From: Octopus sinensis
Taxonomy: Eukaryota
DNA: 64,000 bases
Direction: 5' to 3'
Assembly: GCF_006345805.1 (NCBI RefSeq)
Contig: NC_042997.1
Span: 210,862,001 to 210,926,000 of the forward strand
Shown here: in pieces, positions 38,940 through 52,069 of the stretch
How positions within the stretch are numbered: position 1 is the first letter of the stretch
How the letters are laid out: each line of letters opens with the position of its first letter
Notes under the pieces: model-generated
Told to the model about the DNA's origin: nothing
Database searches by the model: none
What the model saw: only the letters and a program-made list of their open reading frames with translations
Position numbers and translations under genes: made by a program

Positions 38940-40382
38940 TCTAATAAGAATAATATAATACACCTAATAATGATAATAATAATAATAATAATAATTGATT
39001 CCTTTGTATGCATATACATATATAAATATATATATATATGTTTATGTATATTTATGTATATGTAAAAGTGTGTATATATGGATGTATTTATATTTATAAC
39101 TTAACCTTATGAACTTTCTAAACTCTCTGACGAAGCCCAGAGACACACCCAAGTACCTTAATCTTATCTACCAAATACTTCAGTTCACTGAAGGGATGGA
39201 AGTAGAGTGAGGTACTTTGGCCTCTTGGCTGAATCAGCTGTAAGATGCCATCCTACTTTCTATGCTCTGCGTTATATGTTTTAATAATTACTGATATTTT
39301 TATATATGTAAAGCATAATATGTTATACATGTATGTATATTGTTATAATTGGTTTTTTTTAAATAAATAAATAGACATAATATAATGTCTAAAAGTTGAC
39401 GAATACTGCCTATTGATCCCCTCCATTTTCTTATTGCTGTATAAATTAAGGGTAAAAATAACTTTTTACTCTCACGCATTTATTACATTCAGTAGTGTGA
39501 TTGCCATGCAATGAAAAAAAACACTTGTGTATTAATAATTGGGTATTCTACCAGCAGTATATTGGATAGATATTATCCTTTAATTGGTTGGATTCACAAC
39601 CTCTAACTTTCTTGGAATTATATTTATGTATATAATATGAAGGAGTATTATTCCAAACTTACAGGGAAAAAATTCAATTTAGAAATACTAAATCAAATTT
39701 ACAAGATTATATATGTATATTTATTAATTTATCTAATTAATTATTTTATTGTTTTTATCTTTAACCTGAAAAGTGACTATATTTATATTGAAATGTTTTA
39801 TTATTATCATTTCTTAAATATAGTCACGAAACACGTGTAGTTATTCTACCAAATATAAATGTTTTATTTATTATTTTGCACATTACTTAATCATTGGTAT
39901 ATGTTTTATCTTATATTTAATCTTTCTATAAGATGTAATTTTTCTAAATTGTATAATTTAATTTTTTCATCATTGAATTGATTTACAAATAAGAAAATGG
40001 AGAAATAATTTAGTTGGTTTATCAGTTTTAGGATATTAGAATGTTGACTTATATATATATATAAATTTATAAATAAGGATAATATCAATATTTAAATATC
40101 GATCTTATCAAGTGGCCAGCATGGGAATAAATACCATACAAAGGTAATAATTATTTAAAACTATAAATTAGGATATCTGAGAGATACCACCATGCTGAAA
40201 TAGCAGTCAAATCCCTGACCCTAAAACCACCTTCAATGTCCATATCACGCCATGAGATAAGGCAGAGAGACAAAATAAACTAGCAAAAAAGATTTTACTG
40301 GATAATTGAAGATCCTGGATTTCTGACTTTGCTTCAGAGAAGCTCTGCCTTCTTCAGTTGAATATACCAGATAGGCACATAA

Positions 40383-40426
<44 letters not shown>

Positions 40427-40641
40427 CATACGTTATACTTACATATACGAACGCTCATACATACATATATATGCACGTATGTACAAGACCAGGTTAATTG
40501 CCCGCAAACATCTCCAAGCGCGATATGGTCAAAATAAACATCGCAGTGAATACAATGGTCTTGTACATACGTGCATATATATGTATGAGCGTTCGTATAT
40601 GTAAGTATAACGTATGTTCTGTATATATATATATCTGTATA

Positions 40642-40674
<33 letters not shown>

Positions 40675-40830
40675 GGGAGAGTTTACGAAAAAAACAACAA
40701 AAGACGAAGACAGGTGGTGTACAAAACAAACAGGTGTATTAGTATAACGCTCAGGAATAGAAAAAGTCTTTTACGTTTCGAGCCTACGCTCATCTACAGG
40801 AAGGGACACAGAAAACAAGGAGAGAAACAT
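40675..40830 (-). mobile_element. PLE tail with CUGUAGA-core HHR motif (40766-40804)
   Basis: Minus strand CTGTAGA-T-GAGC(GTAG)GCTC-GAAAC-GTA; tail homologous to the 15500 and 16915 copies. Confidence 0.7.
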
Positions 40831-41476
40831 CGGCATATACGTATATATACACATACATACACCACTTCTTAACAGCTATTCAAAACCTATTTGATATTGC
40901 CAACATAGAACACATAAAGCATTTAGACATTTCAAAACTATCGATCTACGTTAACAGACCGATATCTTATATAATACCTAAACGTTTATCATCTACAACG
41001 GTTAACCAATCATCATCCTTTCTCCTATTTTATTCCATTTTATTTCATAAACCGAACTGATACACTTGATTTCTCTCATAAACCTTCGTCTTTGTACTGA
41101 CAGAAAGAAACCCTGTACGTGACTAGTATCCACATATTTATATAACTGAACATTTTAACCTGTATGGCCAACAAACCATAACTTTAAACTTATTATTCTA
41201 TCGCTTTCTGATTCAGTTACCTCTATTTTCTTTCGTGTTTTTCTGATCGCAATTAAGAAAGTATCAGTTATCCAACATTTATTAATTATCACACCAAATT
41301 CTATTTGAAAGTACAAATTTCTATTAAACTTAATATAACACTGAGAGTTAATTGTCTGGCGAGGAATTTGGATATAGTTTTTTCCGATTTCTTAGCAAAA
41401 TACATTGTCATCAGTTGAAACTGATACTTCAGTTAAGAAGTATTTGCTCTCCTGAAGATCAGTTAGCGTTGATACT

Positions 41477-41699
41477 CTCTTTTACTTGTTTCAGTCATTT
41501 GACTGTGGCCATGCTGGAGCACCGCCTTTTAGTCGAGCAAATCGACCCCAGGACTTATTCTTTGTAAACTCAGAACTTATTCCATCGGTCTCTTTTGCCG
41601 AACCGCTAAGTAACGGGGACGTAAACACACCAGCATCGGTTGTCAAGCGATGTTGGGGGGACAAACACAGACACACTCACATACACACACACGCACACG

Positions 41700-41765
<66 letters not shown>

Positions 41766-41930
41766 CGACGGGCTTCGTTCAGTTTCCACCAACCAAATCC
41801 ACTCACAAGGCTTTGATCGGCCCGAAGCTATAGTAGAAGACACTTGCTCAAGGTGCCACGCAGTGGGACTGAATCCGGAACCATGTGGTTCACAAGCAAG
41901 CTACTTACCACACATCCACTCTTGCACCTA
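41477..41930 (-). mobile_element. SINE family A
   Basis: Full alignment with 1390-1794. Confidence 0.92.
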
Positions 41931-42494
41931 TTAGGAGTCACTTAGCCTTGATACTCTCCGTCCGTGTAGAGATTAGTATATCCCGAATATAGATGCTTTG
42001 TCATTCTCTAAGACCTTTCTTATTGTATATTTATAAACCTCTTCTTCCCTGTTAGGCATTTTAATCTTTTACTGTATTCCCACGTTAGAATGCATTCCTT
42101 CTTGATTAAAACTGGGCATCTAAAAATAGAATGATTATTTCTTCACGAAATCCACATCTTCTTACGGTTACAATTTTCTCAATTGGACAGAAAAGGCTCT
42201 ACTGTTTAATTACAAGCTTTTTGGTGATTTCTGTGGAGAAAGCTTTTATCCTGTACCGTAATCAGTATTTGTTAATAATCCCGCATTTTCCAGCCATTAA
42301 TGAGATTTTTCTTTAAATGTTATCCCCCCCCCCCATTGGGTTTTTTCTTCATTTATTTCTTTCTCCTCAGCTCACTTTCTTACCTAAACCTCTCTTCCAT
42401 ATGTGTTGCTTTCGTTTTACACTGAAAGCAGGCTTTGTTTGTAACTACTTGCCGCTTGCTTATTGATGATATTTTTATAGTCCTACTGTGGATA

Positions 42495-42808
42495 CTCTTT
42501 TACTCTTTTACTTGTTTCAGTCATATGACTGCGACCATGCTGGAGCACCGCCTTTAGTCGAGCAAATCGACCCCAGGACTTATTCTTTGTAAGCCCAGTA
42601 CTTATTCTATCGGTTTCTTTTGCCGAACCACCAGCATCGGTTGTCAAGCGATGTTGGGGGAACAAACACATACATACATATACGACGAGCTTCTTTCAGT
42701 TTGGTCGGCCCGAGGCTATAGTAGAAGACACTTGCCCAAGGTGCCACGCAGTGGGTCTGAACCCGGAACCATGCGGTTGGTAAGCAAGCTACTTACCACA
42801 CAGCCACT
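42495..42808 (-). mobile_element. SINE family A with internal deletions
   Basis: Head and tail present; two internal blocks missing. Confidence 0.88.
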
Positions 42809-43189
42809 CTTTTGTGATAATTTTCTAGTTACAGAAATCCCCGACCTTTTTGTATTCATTCTAAATATATTTCTGCGTTGGGTTTTGGGGGGCGATAAAT
42901 TTGAAAAGTAGTTATTATTTTTCATATGCCCTTTGTGTGTGATCATCGTGTGCCAGTGCCTCAGCGACCCTATTCTTTCTTGAAATGGTTTTCTTGGAAG
43001 ACGGGGTTATTGTGAGTGATCTAACACTATCTTCTCCCAAAGCAGTGACTTATCTGACTCAGAGAGAAAGTATGAAATTGCCACTCAACTTGGGTGCTGC
43101 ATTATTTTATCGACCCCGGAAGGACAAGTGGCAAAGTTGCTATGGGCTACATTTAAACTTAGAGGAGAAACAACCTGAACAAACATTAC

Positions 43190-43520
43190 AAGACTCTGAT
43201 GCTTCTGCCAAATCGACCACCAAAATCTTGCTAATTCACCTAACGTCCATTTGAGAGTAGAGTCCATGGGCTTTGGTGTTTATTACTGGGACAGCAGCTA
43301 AACCATTGACACCAATTACTTGATTGTTTGCAATTAGCTTTGTTTTAAGTCTGTGTCTAATTTAGTTAACCTCATCTCTAATTTCTCTCCTGTCGACTTC
43401 ATTAATTCCGAAGTATTTATAAATCTCTGTCTTTAATCTCTGTTTCTTTATTTAACATTATATTACTGACACTCATTAATTTTTCTCTCTTCGGCATTGG
43501 TTTATTTTACCCGCTTTTTA
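43190..43520 (-). mobile_element. Decayed R4/Dong-like RT-thumb fragment
   Basis: Minus strand YKYFGINE...LKTKLIANNQVIGVNGLAAVPVI and LKWTLGEL. Confidence 0.6.
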
Positions 43521-43588
43521 CTGCACTACACAGCGCACTTCTATACACCGCGGATGTGTCCAACGCAGTATCATCATCATCATCATCA

Positions 43589-43589
<1 letters not shown>

Positions 43590-43634
<45 letters not shown>

Positions 43635-44030
43635 GCTTTGGCTCAGGTTCGGTCTTATTCCTGGTAGGATCTCTGTGGGTAATGTGTTACTACCTGTAAT
43701 CTTAGGTATCCACAACTTTTCAGCCGTACTTAGAACCCTCCTGATAATCCTTGCTGTCCCTTAGAGGCAATATCCGGTCTATTATTTTAGATGATCTGGC
43801 ACTGCGGTCCAAGGTTTACTGCGCCTCTGCGATAAGTTGGCGATCTTTTAACGCAGATCCTCATCGGCTGCTTTTTTCACAGAGTCATTGCGGAGAACAA
43901 TTGATTTTCCCGATCGATACCCATCTCAAAGATCAAAATCACTTTTTAATTTTCTCAACTTTCGTCGGGGTTCCAACAGTCGCATCATCAAGATATGCAA
44001 TCCATGCTTTCTCTTGCATGTGTTGCATTG
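43590..44030 (-). mobile_element. R4/Dong-like 3' end with (TAA)n tail
   Basis: Minus strand GTARIIRRVL followed by a short UTR and (TAA)n. Confidence 0.65.
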
Positions 44031-44438
44031 TTGCCCTTACGCATGAAGACGATGATGGTGATGGTGATGGTGGTGGTCGTGGTCGTGGTGATGATAATAA
44101 TAATGCTCCGTTGGGGACAGCGAAGATTGTGAAATTGTTACTTGGGTACTAAGTATCAAGAAATCCTGATAGTCGTATACGGCAGAGCGAGACACCAAAA
44201 CAAAACGTCCATACCGTTTTTCACTCGATTCTATATCGAGTGAAAAACGGTAAAAGAGTAAAAGAGTATCCACAGTAGGACTATAAAAATATCATGTCTT
44301 TGGTGTTGGTAATTGTGCGCGGCTGAAGAAGGCTATTGACATACATGTTACATCAATTATGCATTGATATAAACTGTCCAATAAAGCCAGAAACATATGT
44401 ACCGCTAAATCCTTTGCATCCTGTTTTTCTTTTGATAA

Positions 44439-44470
<32 letters not shown>

Positions 44471-44633
44471 TATGTCCCCGTAACGAAGCGGTTCACCAGG
44501 TGGTGCTATTAAGTTAGACATGGGCCTGGGCCAATAATGGCCGAAACCTATCAAAGTATCAAAGTAAAGTATAACATATATATATATATATATATTATAT
44601 ATAATATATATATATAATATATTATATATATAT

Positions 44634-44713
<80 letters not shown>

Positions 44714-44717
44714 ACGT

Positions 44718-45079
44718 GGAGGCGCAATGGCCAGTGGTTAGGGCAGCGGAACTCGCGGTCATACGATCGCGGTTTCGATTCCCAGACCGGGCGTTGTGAG
44801 TGTTTATTGAGCGAAAACACCTAAAGCTCCACGAGGCTCCGGCAGGGGATGGTGGTGATCCCTGCTGTACTCTTTCACCACAACTTTCTCTCACTCTTAC
44901 TTCCGTTTCTTGTGTAACTGTATTTCAAAGGGCCGGCCTTGTCACTCTGTGTCACGCTGAATAAGGGTACACGTGTCTGTGGAGTGATAGCCACTTACAT
45001 GTTAATTTCACGAGCAGGCTGTTCCGTTGATTCGGATCAACCGGAACCCTCGTCGTCGTAACCGACGGAGTGCTTCCAT
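44718..45079 (+). mobile_element. SINE family C within a (TA)n tract
   Basis: Homologous to the 34823 copy with small indels. Confidence 0.92.
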
Positions 45080-45103
45080 TCCATATATATATATATATAT
45101 AAT

Positions 45104-45186
<83 letters not shown>

Positions 45187-45589
45187 CATATATAGGGAGA
45201 GAGAGAGATGTGGTGTCTGGTGTATTATAGATTACAAATATATTTTGTGTTATTATTGATTTTCAAACCAGAAAAACCCCACTTTGGGGTGTAGGAGAGC
45301 GTAGGCATTTTATTGAATCTCAGTACATCACTGGTACCTTTTTTATTGTCAGCCGGATGGATCAAACATAATGCAGACCACGGTGGGATTCGATCTCAGA
45401 ATCTGAAGGTGGGTTGCTAACTCTCTGCTCTGATTCTCTGAGAGTTTTGCCACCCCAGCAGAACAATTATGGTCCATAATAGATTAAAAGAATTATCTTC
45501 TTACAGATTATTAATTAATCTCAACAACTCATTAATTTATTGGATGCACAAATGGATACACGTGTATATACAGACACACGTGTATGTAC

Positions 45590-46007
45590 GGGCGCAGGTG
45601 CGGATGTGTGGCAAGAAGTTTGCTTCCGGGTTCAGTCCCACTGCGTGGCACTTTGGCCAAGTACCTTCTGCTTTAGCCTCAGTGGATTTGGTAGACAGAG
45701 ACCGAAAGAAACCCATCGTGTATGTATATGTGTGTGTGTGTACGTGTGTATACGTGTGTATATGTATGTGTATGTTTGTATATGTGTGAGAGTGTCTTTG
45801 TGTATGTGTTTCCCCTCCACCTTCGCTTGACGACCGGTGCTGGTGTGTTTACGTCTCCGTACCTTAACGGTTCGGCAAAATGTTCCGATAGAATAAGCAC
45901 CAAGCTTTAAAAAATAAGTAATGGGGTTGATTCATTCGACTAAAACTTCTTCGAAAAGCTGCCTCAGCATGGCCGCAGCCCGATTAATAAAACAAGCAAA
46001 AGTTAAA

Positions 46008-46010
<3 letters not shown>
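45590..46010 (+). mobile_element. SINE family A, diverged
   Basis: Head GGCGCAGGTGCGGATGTGTGG and family tail. Confidence 0.85.
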
Positions 46011-46049
<39 letters not shown>

Positions 46050-46146
46050 TTTAACTGTATGTTGTAAATGTGTGAGAGTGTCTTTGTGTATGTGTTCCCC
46101 TCCACCTTCGCTTGACGACCGATTAATAAAACAAGCAAAAGTTAAA

Positions 46147-46207
<61 letters not shown>

Positions 46208-46227
46208 TATATATATATATATTACAT

Positions 46228-46310
<83 letters not shown>

Positions 46311-46314
46311 TATG

Positions 46315-46402
<88 letters not shown>

Positions 46403-46496
46403 ATATATATATATATACACATAGATAATATATATAATATATATATATATATATATACACATTACAAAAATACAGTTAAAATGTATATATATATAT

Positions 46497-46792
46497 ATAA
46501 TATATATACATTTTAACTTTTGCTTGTTTTATTAATCGGGCTGCGGCCATGCTGAGGCAGCTTTTCGAAGAAGTTTTAGTCGAATGAATCAACCCCATTA
46601 CTTATTTTTTAAAGCTTGGTGCTTATTCTATCGGAACATTTTGCCGAACCGTTAAGGTACGGAGACGTAAACACACCAGCACCGGTCGTCAAGCGAAGGT
46701 GGAGGGGAAACACATACACAAAGACACTCTCACACATATACAAACATACACATACATATACACACGTACACACACGTACACACACATATATA
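46497..46792 (-). repeat. Inverted duplicate of ~45725-46010
   Basis: Reverse complement is identical outside the microsatellite, including private variants. Confidence 0.9.
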
Positions 46793-46795
46793 TAT

Positions 46796-48097
46796 ATTGG
46801 GATGGTATCAAAAGGTTCCCAGATCAGTTATGTTTCATAAAAAATAACCTGTTTACCTAAGTTTTAACCTCATCTCCTTCGAAATAGTCACCTTGCACAG
46901 GAGTACAGCGCACCTAGCATTCCTGCCACTTTTAAAATCCGGTCAGGAAGTCGTTTTACATAAGTAAGTCGAGGACCTTCTGCGATTCCCTCTGGATCTC
47001 GACAACGATATTAAAACGGCGATTTTTAAGTTACCTTTTCAGCTTGGGGAGGAGACGGAAGTCCACAGGTGCTAAATCTGGCGAATAGAGTGGGTGTGGA
47101 AGTGGCACCATGTTGCTTTTGGCGAGAAACTCACGAGTGAGGAGAGCTCGGTGACAGGGTACGTTGTCGTCGTGAAGAATCCAATTCTTTGCGTTCCACA
47201 GATCCGGTCACTTTCCCCGAATTTCCTCCCTCAAACGCTTCAAAACGTCACAGCAGAACTCTCGATTGACAGTCTGGCCCTGGAGGGGGATCGAACTCTC
47301 GATGCACAACACTGCGGATGTCGAAAGAAACGACGAGCATGCTCTTGATTGAGCTGCGGCTCTTTTGTACCTTCTTCGGCATTGGAGATGAAGGTCTCTC
47401 TCTTTCATAAGGACGACTGCTGCTCCGTCTCAGGGACGTCACCGGTGATGATCCTTCGCATGAAGGATGGGTCATCATCAGCGGCACGCTGACAGACATC
47501 TTGGCAGACTTCGAGGCGATGTTCTTTCTGCTCCAGTGGTCAACAGGTGGGGGACAAACTTGACAGAGACACGCTGCATGTTAGGATGCCTGCACGGACC
47601 CATAGGACTGGTCAGCAACATCAGAAATGGCGTTGATTGTCCTCCAACAATCCTCATGTACAAACTGATGAATTTTCTCCGCATTTCCGGGAGTGGCGCT
47701 CGTGACAGGCCTTCCTGATCGCTCATCGCCTTCCAGGAACATTCTTCCGCTTTTAAAGCGTCCGTCTCACTCGAAACGGTGTGTACGACCCATCGCCTCG
47801 TCATCGTAGGCTTGTCGAAGCATGCTCAATGTCTCTGTAGCAGACTTCCCAAGTTTAAAGCAAAGCTTCACGTTGGATCTTTGTTCCAACTTCCTGTCCG
47901 TGACAAAATCGCAAAACTACAGCATACATTTAATCACAAAAACACAAACTTCACAACTTGTGAAGTATATGCAGCAATGTTACTCATCACACTGCTTCAC
48001 GAAGGTCACTGCTAGCCTTCACAGCGCACGCAACCGTGTGCTGCCATCTGTTGGCACATTACAGAACTAATCCGTGAACTTTTTGATACCACTTGCG
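46796..48097 (-). mobile_element. Mariner (DD34D-type) transposon, ~1.3 kb, decayed
   Basis: TIRs TGGTATCAAAA(G/A)GTTC next to TA; minus strand KLCFKLGKSATET, KFVPHLL, GQTVNREF, LHDDNVPCH, YSPDLAP, QGDYFEGD. Confidence 0.93.
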
Positions 48098-48304
48098 TAT
48101 GTGTATGTATGTATGTATATGTATGTATGTGTTTCTATTTGAAGGTCTGTGTGTATGTGTCTATGCATGCGTATACATGTATATATCATGTTGATGTATA
48201 CATGTATATATATTCGTATGTTTAAACGTGTATATATACTTGCATATACACACATATGTATGTATATGTATATGTATATGTATGTATATATATATGTATG
48301 TATA

Positions 48305-48376
<72 letters not shown>

Positions 48377-48447
48377 ATAAAAATGGTAAGACAACAAAAG
48401 AATGAAAGAGACCTCGATATTATGTAAATAGAGGAATTTATCTGTAA

Positions 48448-48654
48448 ATGTAATATGTGACAATTATTCGGTAGCCATTATAAAACTCCGAGTTTCGGAT
48501 GCCGAGGTGGAAATCCACGCCGCCATCTCTTCAGTTATTTGGCCATTTTTTCCCGATGGCCAGATAACTGAAGAGATGGCGGCGTGGATTTCCACCTCGG
48601 CATCCGAAACTCGGAGTTTTATAATGGCTACCGAATAATTATCACATATTACAT
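48448..48654. repeat. Fold-back inverted repeat, 99-bp arms, 9-nt loop
   Basis: Arms 48448-48546 and 48556-48654 differ at 2 positions. Confidence 0.97.
48559..48628 (+). ncRNA. Hammerhead motif in the right arm (mirror copy on the minus strand, ~48474-48543)
   Basis: GCCAGATAA-CTGAAGA-GATG...CATC-C-GAAACTC(G)GAGTT-TTATAATGGC; stem I ATAA/TTAT plus GCCA/TGGC; one extra C at the base of stem II. Confidence 0.7.
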
Positions 48655-48679
48655 ATATATATATATATATGTGTGTGTT

Positions 48680-49395
48680 TTTTAGTAATCTATGCATGTT
48701 GAATTAAAAGCTAGTATGGTATATTCATTCTTATTTGGTTATAAAGAATTAGAATTTGAAAAATTTAGGAATGGTCACAATATTATTATTTAAAATATTT
48801 AAACGTACGGGTTGTGCGATGTATGCAAGATACTCCTAGTTCAGAACGGTTATTTAACAGATTTGTATTATTCCTATGTTTTAAAATTTCATATGTTTCC
48901 ATAGAACAAAGTTCACAACCATCTCTACTAATTTTATATGGCCGTGATTTTCTTACTATATCCCATTTCAAGTCAAATTCTATATTATTCCTTTTCAGTT
49001 CCCAAATTTTACTAGATAATGTGGTGCAACCTGCCTTGTGTTTAAGCCTAAAGGAGGAAAAATGATTGTTTAAACGTTCTTTTAAATCTACCGAACAACC
49101 GAAATATAGATAGTTGTTATTTGAAGTCACTATTGTACATTTATAAATTACATTTTGGACCAAACAGCGGCCAGATACCGGACATTTCGATCTAATCCTA
49201 CAATTTCAACTGGGGGGATAATTCCTGGTACTAGTATTATTTATGGACAATTCGTTTTCATTTCCGTTACTCGAGCTGGTATTAGTATTAGTATTATTTC
49301 CTCTAATAATAGTTATATTGTTATGTAAACTGGGGTTACTAGTTATTAATCTATTCTCACTATGCTCATTTTTATCTATACTACGCCATACAAAA
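48680..49395 (-). mobile_element. PLE 3' fragment encoding a GIY-YIG endonuclease of a second PLE lineage
   Basis: *NCRIRSKCPVSGRCL-VQNVIYKC...YFGCS..LKERLNNH..SF...TTLSSKIWELK...CELC..E...LNNRSE...CIH. Confidence 0.88.
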
Positions 49396-49814
49396 TTCTG
49401 GTACATCTAACTTAAGTACCATATTCATTTGAATCTAAATTTTGCTGAACTTATATATATATATATCAATATAAGGGTAGATGGCGCGATTACGGTGAAT
49501 TCGAAAATTTACGATATATAGACCCGAGGCTTAGATGGTGTAGCCTCGTGTATATATATCTGCCTCCTATTTTGGTGACTTTGCTGACGAGACAAGCCAA
49601 GCGTAAACGGATTTAATTTAATTTAATTAAATTTGATTGCGTGAAGATGTTGAAACCTTGCAGGGTACAAAGTTTGAAGGGGATAAATGTTTTTTATTTT
49701 CCTCTAGTTTCAGAATTACTACTATTTTTTGCGGTTTTGAGTTTTAGCTGCTCTTTTCAAGTGAGTCGAACGACCTTCTCAGGGTCATTCCTTAATATTT
49801 TATATATATATATA

Positions 49815-50210
49815 TATATATATACATAGGACGGGCTTCTTTCAGTTTCCGTCAACCAAATCTACTCACAAGGCTTTGGTGAGCCCAAGGCTATAGTAGA
49901 AGACACTTGCCCAAGGTGCCACACAGTGGCATTGAACCCGGAACCATGAGGTTGGGAAGCAAGCTTCTTACCACACAGCTACGCCTGCGCTTATATGTCT
50001 GTCTGCGTGTGTGTGTGTGTGTTTGTCCCCGCACCACCGCTTGACAACCGATGTTAGTGTGTTTACGTCCTCGTAAATTAGCGGTTCGGCGATAGAAACA
50101 AGGCATACAAAGAATAAGTCCTGGAGTCGACTTCTTCGACTAAAGGTGGTGCTGCAGCATTGCCGCAGTCAAATGACTGAAACAAATAAAAGAGTAAAAA
50201 AAAGAAAAGA

Positions 50211-50251
<41 letters not shown>

Positions 50252-50937
50252 GGCCTCTTAGAGGCCTTTTAATGTACTTATATATGAGTAACATATAGTC
50301 TAATGACTAATTTGTCTTTTGTGCTAGATCACTGGTAATAATAATTTATTTTATTACCTTTTTACTATATATATATATATATATTATAGATGTAGGGTAA
50401 AAAATTATTAATTTATAATTAATATATTTCACCAGTAGTTTCGGTATGGAAAGGAACCATATTCGGTAAAAACTTATACAAGTTTCATAAACCCTTATTA
50501 TTAATTTATAATATATATATATATATTTATATATATATATATATATATATACATAGGACGGGCTTCTTTCAGTTCCGTCAACCAAATCTACTCACAAGGC
50601 TTTGGTGAGCCCAAGGCTATAGTAAAGACACCGCTGCCCAAGGTGCCACACAGGGCAATTGAACCCGGAACCATGAGGTTGGGAAGCAAGCTTCTTACCA
50701 CACAGCTACGCCTGCGCTTATATGTCTGTCTGCGTGTGTGTGTGTGTGTGTTGTCCCCGCACCACCGCTTGACAACCGATGTTAGTGTGTTTACGTGTCC
50801 TCGTAAATTAGGCGGTTCGGCGATAGAAACAGGCTACACAAAGAATAAGTCCTGGAGTCGACTTCTTCGACTAAAGTGGTGCTGCAGCATTGCCGCAGTC
50901 AAATTACTGAAACAAATAAAAGTAAAAAAAAGAAAAG

Positions 50938-50976
<39 letters not shown>

Positions 50977-51237
50977 AAAGCCTCTTAGAGGCCTTTTAAT
51001 GTACTTATATATGAATAACATATATAGTCTAATGACTAATTTGTCTTTTGTGCTAGATCACTGGTAATAATAATTTATTTTATTACCTTTTTACTATATA
51101 TATATATATATATATAGATGTAGGGTAAAAAATTATTAATTTATAATTAATATATTTCACCAAGTAGTTTCGGTATGGAAAGGAACCATATTCGGTAAAA
51201 ACTTATACAAGTTTCCATAAACCCTTAATTATTGTTA

Positions 51238-51240
<3 letters not shown>
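49815..51240 (+). repeat. Tandem duplication, two units of ~720 bp
   Basis: 49822-50530 is repeated at 50550-51240; the copies differ mostly by 1-2 nt indels. Confidence 0.92.
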
Positions 51241-51324
<84 letters not shown>

Positions 51325-51428
51325 ATATACATAGATATAATACAGAGAGAGAGAGAGAAAATTCAAAGAGGTTATGTTGGTCTCAAGAGTGGGTGGTGTA
51401 TCCAAGAAATACCGGTTCAATACCTGCC

Positions 51429-51698
51429 ATATAAAAGATGGAGGTGGAAATAGTACAGAATGAAATCTAAGAAATTTCAATTTATGAAGGAATTTTATAA
51501 AAATGGTTTTAAAAATTATATAAGAAAATATCACCGTTTTCGATGTATCTCATCTTACTGATATTTGATACGATGAGATACATCGAAACCGGTGATATTT
51601 TCTTTATATAATTTTTAAAACCGTTTTTATAAAATTCCTTCATAAATTGGGATGTCTTAGACTTACTTCTATGCTATTTCCGCCTCCACCTTTTATAT
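51429..51698. repeat. Fold-back inverted repeat, ~126-bp arms, 17-nt loop
   Basis: Inner ~77 bp show 3 differences; outer 49 bp show ~10 mismatches. Confidence 0.93.
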
Positions 51699-52069
51699 AT
51701 AAAAATTTGATTTGTATAGATCTCAAATCTTTCTTCAACTATATATATATATATATATATACATATCCATATATCCTGGTTCAACTCTGCTGACGATTTC
51801 TCGCCGTGGTCAATGACAGATTGTACTTGTTTATCCTCAGAGCAGATTTGCTATTGTTTAGAATTTGTTATTCTGACTCAGAAACAAGGTTTCTCTCCAG
51901 AACGCTGGCTAGTTTCACCCCCCACCCCCGACCACACGGCTTCATATAATTTCAAAGAGGCAATGGACTCCGAGCGAAGAATTCAGGTTCAAAACAACCA
52001 ATGAATGACGTCATCCGTTTTGTTTCTTTGGGTTAAGACTTCAAAAAAGGTTTTACTTTATTTTGTCTT

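Noticed and set aside
48670-48786. SECIS downstream of the UGA-containing GIY-YIG frame
   Set aside because: The AUGA and GUGA candidates lack the correctly spaced AA loop and a complementary stem.
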